A model generated the notes under the pieces. The model had not been told where the DNA came from, did not search any database, and saw nothing but the letters and a program-made list of their open reading frames with translations. Of a DNA stretch of 64,000 nt, positions 58,143 through 64,000 are shown piece after piece. The position numbers were made by a program, and so were the translations under genes. Numbering within the stretch: the stretch's first letter is position 1; each line of letters begins with the position of its first letter. This stretch comes from Rhodobacterales bacterium (GTDB taxonomy: Bacteria > Pseudomonadota > Alphaproteobacteria > Rhodobacterales > Rhodobacteraceae), in the NCBI GenBank assembly GCA_031408575.1, contig JANNWS010000170.1:718-64717 (forward strand), read 5' to 3'.

Positions 58143-59138
58143 ATGCTCGGACCTCAACTCGCCTGGGATGATACCGTCCTTCCGTTTCAACTTGACCGCT
58201 CGGATATCCGGGGCCGGGTGGCGCGGCTTGACGGCGTGCTCAACCGTGTTTTGTCGCAACATGCCTACCCGCCGCAGATCGAAGCGCTGGTGGCCGAAGC
58301 TGCGTTGATCACAGCACTGATCGGGCAGACGATAAAGCTGCGTTGGCGCTTGTCGATACAGGTGCGCGGCAATGGCCCGGTCCGGATGATCGCGACCGAC
58401 TTTTATGGCCCGACCGAAGATGGACAGGCCGCCCGCATCCGTGCCTATGCCAGCTTCGATCCGGATCTTGAAACGGTGGCCGACCCGTTCACCCTGATCG
58501 GAGACGGCTATTTCACGATCCTGATCGACCAGGGCGAAGGCATGGTGCCATATCAGGGCATCACGCCCTTGGTCGGAGGCTCGCTTTCCGCCTGTGCAGA
58601 GACGTATTTTGCCCAGTCCGAACAGCTTCCGACCCGTTTTGCGGTCACCTATGGCCGCTCGCAGCTTCCCGGCACGCGGCCGCAGTGGCGCGCGGGCGGC
58701 GTCATGCTGCAGCATATGCCGAAATCCATGCTTCAGGTTGCTGCCGAGGCCGGTTCGGGCGAAGGTGGCCTGCTTGCCCATGCCGATATTCTGGAGGGTG
58801 AAGAGGGCGAGAACTGGACCCGCGCCAATCTGTTGCTTGACACCGTCGAAGAGCTGGAGCTGATCGGGCCGACCGTGCAGCCGACCGACCTTCTGGTGCG
58901 GCTGTTCCATGAGGAGGGTCCGCGCGTGTTCGACGCGCAGCCGGTGCGCTTTGGCTGTTCCTGTTCGGCCGACAAAGTGCGTCAGTCGCTGTCGATCTAT
59001 TCTGCGACCGATATCGCCCACATGACCACCGACGAGGGCGTTCTGACCGCCGATTGCCAGTTTTGCGGCGCGCACTACGAATTCGACCCCAAAACGCTTG
59101 GCCAGCAAGCCGGGGAGTTACCGGGTGAGCGTCATTGA
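58143..59138 (+). CDS. hslO: Hsp33 family redox-regulated chaperone
   Basis: Trimmed to ATG 58143. ...FQLDRSDIRGRVARL...; C-terminal zinc centre CSCS...CQFCG. The longer antisense track ORF 57849..59108(-) is Arg-rich and judged spurious. Confidence 0.9.
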   Translation: MLGPQLAWDDTVLPFQLDRSDIRGRVARLDGVLNRVLSQHAYPPQIEALVAEAALITALIGQTIKLRWRLSIQVRGNGPVRMIATDFYGPTEDGQAARIRAYASFDPDLETVADPFTLIGDGYFTILIDQGEGMVPYQGITPLVGGSLSACAETYFAQSEQLPTRFAVTYGRSQLPGTRPQWRAGGVMLQHMPKSMLQVAAEAGSGEGGLLAHADILEGEEGENWTRANLLLDTVEELELIGPTVQPTDLLVRLFHEEGPRVFDAQPVRFGCSCSADKVRQSLSIYSATDIAHMTTDEGVLTADCQFCGAHYEFDPKTLGQQAGELPGERH

Positions 59139-59724
59139 TCGCCGCGCGCTGGCAGCCGGGCTTGCCCGCTCGACGGCTGCGTCGTCGGATTTTGATCTGA
59201 ACCCCGGCGTGGCGTTGCCCACTGGCCGCACGCTGCTCCCTGCTGCTGTGCTGATCGCGGTCTGGGACCGACCCGATGGCCTCCAGGTCATTCTGACCAA
59301 GCGCGCGTCGCACCTGAAGCATCATCCGGGCCAGATCGCCTTTCCCGGCGGCAAGGTCGACCCCGAAGACGCCGGGCCAGAAGCGGCAGCACTGCGCGAG
59401 GCGCACGAGGAAATCGGCCTGCCTCCGGCCTGCGTTCAGGTGCTGGGCGCGTTGCCGTTGCATGAAACGGTCACAGGCTTCGCCGTGACTCCGATACTTG
59501 GCCTGATAGAGGGCGATTTTGTTACGGTTCCCGAGGCGGGAGAGGTTGATGAGGTGTTTACCGTGCCGCTTTTGCACGTCACCGACCCGACCCGCTTCCG
59601 CGTCGAGCGCCGGCTTTGGCGGGGTGAATGGCGGCGCTACTACGCCATTCCATACGGTCCCTATTACATCTGGGGGGCAACGGCGCGAATCTTGCGCGGG
59701 TTGGCCGACAGGCTTGCACCATGA
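59125..59724 (+). CDS. CoA pyrophosphatase (NUDIX, NudL-type)
   Basis: VILTKRASHLKHHPGQIAFPGGKVDPEDAGPEAAALREAHEEIGL. Start is uncertain: GTG 59125 (GGGGAG upstream) versus TTG 59098 in the track. ATGA overlap with cca at the 3' end. Confidence 0.8.
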   Translation: MSVIDRRALAAGLARSTAASSDFDLNPGVALPTGRTLLPAAVLIAVWDRPDGLQVILTKRASHLKHHPGQIAFPGGKVDPEDAGPEAAALREAHEEIGLPPACVQVLGALPLHETVTGFAVTPILGLIEGDFVTVPEAGEVDEVFTVPLLHVTDPTRFRVERRLWRGEWRRYYAIPYGPYYIWGATARILRGLADRLAP

Positions 59725-60863
59725 AGGTTTCGGGCGACTGGCTGACGCGGCCCGAGACTCAGGCCGTTTGCGCCGCGCTGGTCAATGAAGGCTATCGCGC
59801 GCTGGTCGTCGGCGGGTGTGTACGGAACGCTCTGCTGGGTGAACCGGTTGGTGATGTCGATATAGCGACGGACGCCGTTCCTGACATCGTCTCGGCGTTG
59901 GTTCAAAAAGTCGGCCTCAAGGCAGTCCCGACCGGAATTGAGCACGGCACGATCACGGTGGTTGCAAACGGCATCCCGCATGAGGTGACGACCTTTCGCC
60001 GTGATGTAGAAACCTTTGGCCGTCACGCCACCGTGGCCTTTTCGACCGAGGTTGAAGACGATGCCGCCCGTCGCGATTTTACGATGAACGCGCTTTACGC
60101 GACCCCCGAAGGCGATGTGATCGACCCCCTGGGGGGACTGCCCGATCTTTTGGCGCGGCGCCTGCGGTTTGTCGGCGACGCACAGGCGCGCATAACGGAA
60201 GACTACCTGCGGATTTTGCGGTTTTTCCGCTTTCATGCCTGGTACGGGAATGCGTCCGAAGGCCTGGATGCCGAAGGGCTTGCCGCCTGCGCTGCCAATT
60301 CCGCAGGAATAGACACGATTTCGCGCGAGCGTGTGGGTGCCGAAATGCGCAAACTGCTGTCCGCCGTCAACCCTGCGCCCGCAACGGCGGCAATGGCCCA
60401 GACCGGCATTCTGGCGCGGGTTCTGCCGGGAGCCGATGCCCGTGCGCTGCCGGTTCTCGTTCATCTGGAAGAGGGTATTGCCCCGAGCTGGCTGCGCCGC
60501 CTTGCTGTGCTGGGCGGCGCAGATGCGACCCATCGCCTGCGCCTCAGCCGGGCCGAGGCGGCAATACTTGATCTGATCGGTGAAGACGTGGCTGCCCTGA
60601 CCCCCCCCGCTGAACTTGGCTACCGACGGGGTGAGGCGCTGGCGGCAGACGCCCTTTTGGCCCGGGCCGCCTTATTGGAAACACCCCTTACCGCCGATTG
60701 GCGCGCGCAGATTGAACAGGGCGCGCGGGCCACTTTTCCCGTCACCGCAGCCGACCTGATGCCCGCGCTGACCGGCCCCGCATTGGGCGCGCGGCTGAAA
60801 GACCTCGAGGCGCGGTGGATCGCATCCGTCTTCACGCTGACGCGCGAAGACCTGCTGCACTAG
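59721..60863 (+). CDS. cca: CCA tRNA nucleotidyltransferase
   Basis: Trimmed to ATG 59721. LVVGGCVRNALLGEPVGDVDIAT, RRDFTMNALY, ITEDYLRILRFFRF. Confidence 0.9.
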   Translation: MKVSGDWLTRPETQAVCAALVNEGYRALVVGGCVRNALLGEPVGDVDIATDAVPDIVSALVQKVGLKAVPTGIEHGTITVVANGIPHEVTTFRRDVETFGRHATVAFSTEVEDDAARRDFTMNALYATPEGDVIDPLGGLPDLLARRLRFVGDAQARITEDYLRILRFFRFHAWYGNASEGLDAEGLAACAANSAGIDTISRERVGAEMRKLLSAVNPAPATAAMAQTGILARVLPGADARALPVLVHLEEGIAPSWLRRLAVLGGADATHRLRLSRAEAAILDLIGEDVAALTPPAELGYRRGEALAADALLARAALLETPLTADWRAQIEQGARATFPVTAADLMPALTGPALGARLKDLEARWIASVFTLTREDLLH

Positions 60864-60932
60864 CCATCAGCGGTTTTCCTTCGCCCCAAACAGGGCTATA
60901 TCCAAACGATAAATTGCATAAGGCTTCGCCCC

Positions 60933-62777
60933 GTGTTCCGCTTTTTCGAGGGCCTCGTCGACCCCTACGTCGCATACGAGCAAACCGACACGCCACCCCG
61001 GCGGCTTTGGCCGTTCCTAAAGGAATACATGCTGCCCTTCCGGGCGGTTTTTGCTGTCACGGGCCTGCTGTCGGTGCTGGTTGCCATGTCCGAAGTTGCC
61101 CTGATCTGGTATGTTGGGCGGCTGGTCGACCTTCTGGCGACCGGCAAACCGCAAGAGGTCTGGGCCAGCCACGGCACCGAGATCATCCTTGTTGCGCTGG
61201 CGATCCTGATTGTGCGGCCGATCATCGCTGTGTCGGACGTGGCCCTGCTGCACAACACAATCCTGCCGAATTTCGGCACGATGATTCGGTGGCGGGCGCA
61301 TCGCCATGTGCTGCGTCAACCCGTGGCGTGGTTTGAGGGCGATTTTGCCGGGCGCATCGCAAACCGGATCATGCAGACGCCGCCCGCCGCGGGGGATGCG
61401 GTGTTCCAGACATTCGACGCCGTGGCCTTTGCCGTGGTGACGATCATCGGGGCGGGTATCATGCTGGCCGGGGCCGATCCGCGCTTGATCCTGCCGCTGA
61501 TCGTGTGGTTCGTGCTTTATGCCCTGCTGGTGCGCTGGACGCTGATCCATGCCGGGCCGGCGTCAAAGGCGTCATCCGACGCGCGGTCGGCGGTGACGGG
61601 CCGGGTCGTGGACGCCTATAGCAACATTCATTCGGTCAAGCTGTTCGCGCATCACGACAACGAAGTTGCCTATGCGAAAGAGGCGATCGAGACGGCGCGA
61701 TCGAAGTTCTTCTACGAAATGCGGATCGTTACCAAGATGGATCTGGCGCTGACCGTTCTGAACGGGTTCCTGATTGTATCGGTGACCGGATGGGCCATCG
61801 CTCTTTGGTATCAGGGGCAGGCGAGTGTCGGCACGGTTGCGGCCACAACAGCGCTGGTTCTGCGGCTGAACAACATGACCTACTGGATCATGTGGGCCAC
61901 AACGTCACTTGTGCAGGCGCTGGGCGTTGTGATGGAGGGGATGGAGACGATCACCCATCCCGTATCGCTGGTCGATGTGCCAGACGCAAAGCCGCTGCGC
62001 CTGACCGATGGGCGGATCGAGCTGCAAAACGTCTCGCACCACTACGGGCGCGGGTCGGGCGGGCTTCAGGGCCTTGGCCTGACCATTCAACCCGGCCAGA
62101 AGATCGGTATCGTGGGGCGGTCGGGGGCGGGTAAATCGACCCTCGTCAAGCTGATGTTGCGGTTTTACGATGCCGAAGGCGGGCGCATTCTGATCGACGG
62201 GCAGGACATAGCGCGGGTCACCCAGGATTCGCTTCGACGTAACATCGGCATGGTGCAGCAGGAAAGCAGCCTAATGCACCGCTCTGTCCGCGACAACATC
62301 CTCTATGGCAACCCGGACGCGACCGAGGCGCAGATGATCACCGCCGCCCGCCGGGCCGACGCGCATGATTTCATCCTGACACTGGAAGATCCCGCTGGCC
62401 GCGTGGGCTATGATGCCCATGTCGGTGAGCGCGGCGTGAAACTGTCGGGCGGCCAGCGTCAGCGCGTGGCAATCGCCCGCGTGATCCTGAAAGATGCGCC
62501 GATTCTTATTCTGGACGAAGCCACCTCGGCGCTGGACAGCGAGGCCGAGGCGACCATTCAGGAGACGCTTTATGGCGTGATGCAGGGCAAGACGGTGATC
62601 GCGATTGCCCACCGCCTTTCGACGATTGCCGCGATGGACCGGATCGTGGTGCTGGAAGATGGCCGTATCGCCGAACAGGGCAGCCACGCGGACCTTCTGG
62701 CGCTTGACGGGCTATATGCCCGGTTCTGGGCGCGCCAGTCAGGCGGCTTCATCGGGATCGAGGAGGCTGCGGAATGA
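60933..62777 (+). CDS. ABC exporter, fused permease/ATPase (first of a pair)
   Basis: 614 aa, GTG start. Six-TM domain, then GRSGAGKSTLVKL (Walker A), LSGGQRQRVAIAR (signature), ILILDEATSALD (Walker B). Confidence 0.9.
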   Translation: MFRFFEGLVDPYVAYEQTDTPPRRLWPFLKEYMLPFRAVFAVTGLLSVLVAMSEVALIWYVGRLVDLLATGKPQEVWASHGTEIILVALAILIVRPIIAVSDVALLHNTILPNFGTMIRWRAHRHVLRQPVAWFEGDFAGRIANRIMQTPPAAGDAVFQTFDAVAFAVVTIIGAGIMLAGADPRLILPLIVWFVLYALLVRWTLIHAGPASKASSDARSAVTGRVVDAYSNIHSVKLFAHHDNEVAYAKEAIETARSKFFYEMRIVTKMDLALTVLNGFLIVSVTGWAIALWYQGQASVGTVAATTALVLRLNNMTYWIMWATTSLVQALGVVMEGMETITHPVSLVDVPDAKPLRLTDGRIELQNVSHHYGRGSGGLQGLGLTIQPGQKIGIVGRSGAGKSTLVKLMLRFYDAEGGRILIDGQDIARVTQDSLRRNIGMVQQESSLMHRSVRDNILYGNPDATEAQMITAARRADAHDFILTLEDPAGRVGYDAHVGERGVKLSGGQRQRVAIARVILKDAPILILDEATSALDSEAEATIQETLYGVMQGKTVIAIAHRLSTIAAMDRIVVLEDGRIAEQGSHADLLALDGLYARFWARQSGGFIGIEEAAE

Positions 62778-64000
62778 GCGTGCTGATGCGGCTTGGAAAC
62801 CTGATCCGTCCGTTCGAGAAGGCCGAAGGCCCGCCACCGCAACGGCTCGGCGCGTTCTTTCGCTGGTGCCTTTCCGGGTCGTGGCCGATGCTTTGGGTCG
62901 CCGCGACAATTTCGGCCTTTGCAGGGACGACGGAAGTGGTTTCGGCGCTGATCCTGGGCTGGGTGGTGGACGCAGCGCTAGACAGCGGGCGCGACAGCTT
63001 TTTTGCCGATCATGCCGGGCTGCTGATCGCGTTCCTTGTGTTCTATCTGGTGCTGCGACCGCTCTCGTTCGGCATCTCGGCTGCCTCGAACTCCATCATC
63101 GTCGGGCCGAATGTGATGCCGCTGGTCCTCAGCCGCCTGCACCGCTGGACGCTGGGGCAGGCGGTAACGTTCTTTGACAATGATTTCGCCGGACGCATCG
63201 CGCAAAAACAGATGCAAGCCGCCCGTGCCGTGACCGATGTTGCGACCGAAATGATCAACACGGTCGCCTTTGCGTTGGCGTCGATCATTGGGTCGGTGAT
63301 CTTTCTTGTCGCTATCGACGTTCGGATTGCGCTGGCGCTTGCGGTCTGGCTGGTGGCCTATGTTGGCCTGATCCTGTTTTTTCTGCCGCGTGTGCGCGAA
63401 AACTCGGCCGCGCGGGCCTCCTCGCGCGCGATGGTGTCGGGGCAGGTGGTGGACACGATCACCAACATCAAGACGGTCAAGCTGTTCGCCCATGCCGCGT
63501 TCGAGGATCGCGTTGCGCTGAAGGCGATGGAGGTGTTCCGTGACCGTTCGCTGGAGTTCGGCGTGATCTCGACCTGGTTCCGCTATGCACTGATGACTCT
63601 GGCGGGCGTGCTGCCGGTGCTGCTGATCGGCGGCACCTTGATGCTGTGGCAGCAGGGAGGGGCCACCGCAGGGGCAATCGCCGCCGCCGGAGCCATCGCA
63701 ATGCGGATCGCCCAGATGTCGGGTTGGGTCAGCTTTACGCTGATTTCGATTTATACCAGCGTGGGCGAGGTGGAAGACGGCATGCGGACCCTGACCGTTC
63801 CGCATACACTGGCCGACGCGCCCGATGCGATCGACCTTCCGCGCATCACCGGCCAGATTCGATACGACAACGCGTCATTCGCCTATGGCCGTAAGCGCGG
63901 GGGGGTCGAGTCGATCAACCTGACGATTGCGGCGGGCGAGAAGTTGGGCATCGTTGGGGCATCCGGGGCCGGGAAGTCGTCGCTCGTGTCGCTGCTGCTT
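62774..64000 (+). CDS. ABC exporter, fused permease/ATPase (second of the pair; partial, runs off the right edge)
   Basis: Absent from the track (no stop in window). ATG 62774 forms an ATGA overlap with the preceding stop. Hand translation is open for 409 codons: MSVLMRLGNLIRPFEKAEGPPPQRLGAFF...TM domain...ITGQIRYDNASFAYG...GIVGASGAGKSSLVSLLL (Walker A at the window end). Confidence 0.85.
   Translation, partial: MSVLMRLGNLIRPFEKAEGPPPQRLGAFFRWCLSGSWPMLWVAATISAFAGTTEVVSALILGWVVDAALDSGRDSFFADHAGLLIAFLVFYLVLRPLSFGISAASNSIIVGPNVMPLVLSRLHRWTLGQAVTFFDNDFAGRIAQKQMQAARAVTDVATEMINTVAFALASIIGSVIFLVAIDVRIALALAVWLVAYVGLILFFLPRVRENSAARASSRAMVSGQVVDTITNIKTVKLFAHAAFEDRVALKAMEVFRDRSLEFGVISTWFRYALMTLAGVLPVLLIGGTLMLWQQGGATAGAIAAAGAIAMRIAQMSGWVSFTLISIYTSVGEVEDGMRTLTVPHTLADAPDAIDLPRITGQIRYDNASFAYGRKRGGVESINLTIAAGEKLGIVGASGAGKSSLVSLLL

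Noticed and set aside
1-64000. Looked for tRNA/rRNA genes, CRISPR repeats, IS elements/transposases, integrases, prophage or toxin-antitoxin/defence modules, and long direct repeats.
   Set aside because: None seen by eye. There is no T-loop GGTTCGAAT-type motif in any spacer and no regularly spaced repeats. Every gene larger than 300 nt is assignable to a housekeeping family. A computational scan (tRNAscan, Infernal, repeat finder) would be needed to exclude small elements.

Overview
High-GC (about 63-65% in hand-counted lines) alphaproteobacterial chromosome with Rhodobacterales-like gene content. It is densely packed with about 60 conserved housekeeping genes, many joined by 1-, 4- or 8-nt start/stop overlaps. 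I saw no rRNA, tRNA, CRISPR array, IS/transposase, integrase, phage or defence-island genes. Many long off-frame and antisense ORFs in the track are high-GC artefacts, and several track ORFs carry spurious N-terminal extensions, which I trimmed.

The window looks origin-proximal. The order maf-aroE-coaE-dnaQ (minus), then a 438-bp AT-rich spacer with DnaA boxes, then hemJ-rho-mnmE-mnmG-rsmG-parA-parB (plus), mirrors the Caulobacter Cori neighbourhood. Two 15/16 parS sites bracket the parAB block, and each overlaps a translation start.

Other blocks:
- hemD, a Mic60-like gene and a HemY-like gene
- tsaD-gpsA-yciI-EVE
- regB divergent from senC-regA-hvrA-like, next to ahcY
- a PAS gene, then tsaE, AmgK-like, MurU-like, addB, addA, trxA
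- hslV, a membrane protein, hslU
- mltA, Tim44, fxsA, secB
- rph-rdgB-ridA-hemW, hrcA-grpE, mutS, rbsK-like, msrA, argG, ilvA
- Hpt plus a REC-PP2C gene, hslO, a CoA pyrophosphatase, cca, and an ABC exporter pair

I did not find a convincing novel multi-gene system. The most interesting signals are:
- the candidate oriC
- the parS sites fused to start codons
- a lower-GC domain around parABS
- an integral membrane gene translationally coupled between hslV and hslU
- two unexplained long non-coding spacers

All product calls rest on motif and sequence recognition by eye. No searches were run.
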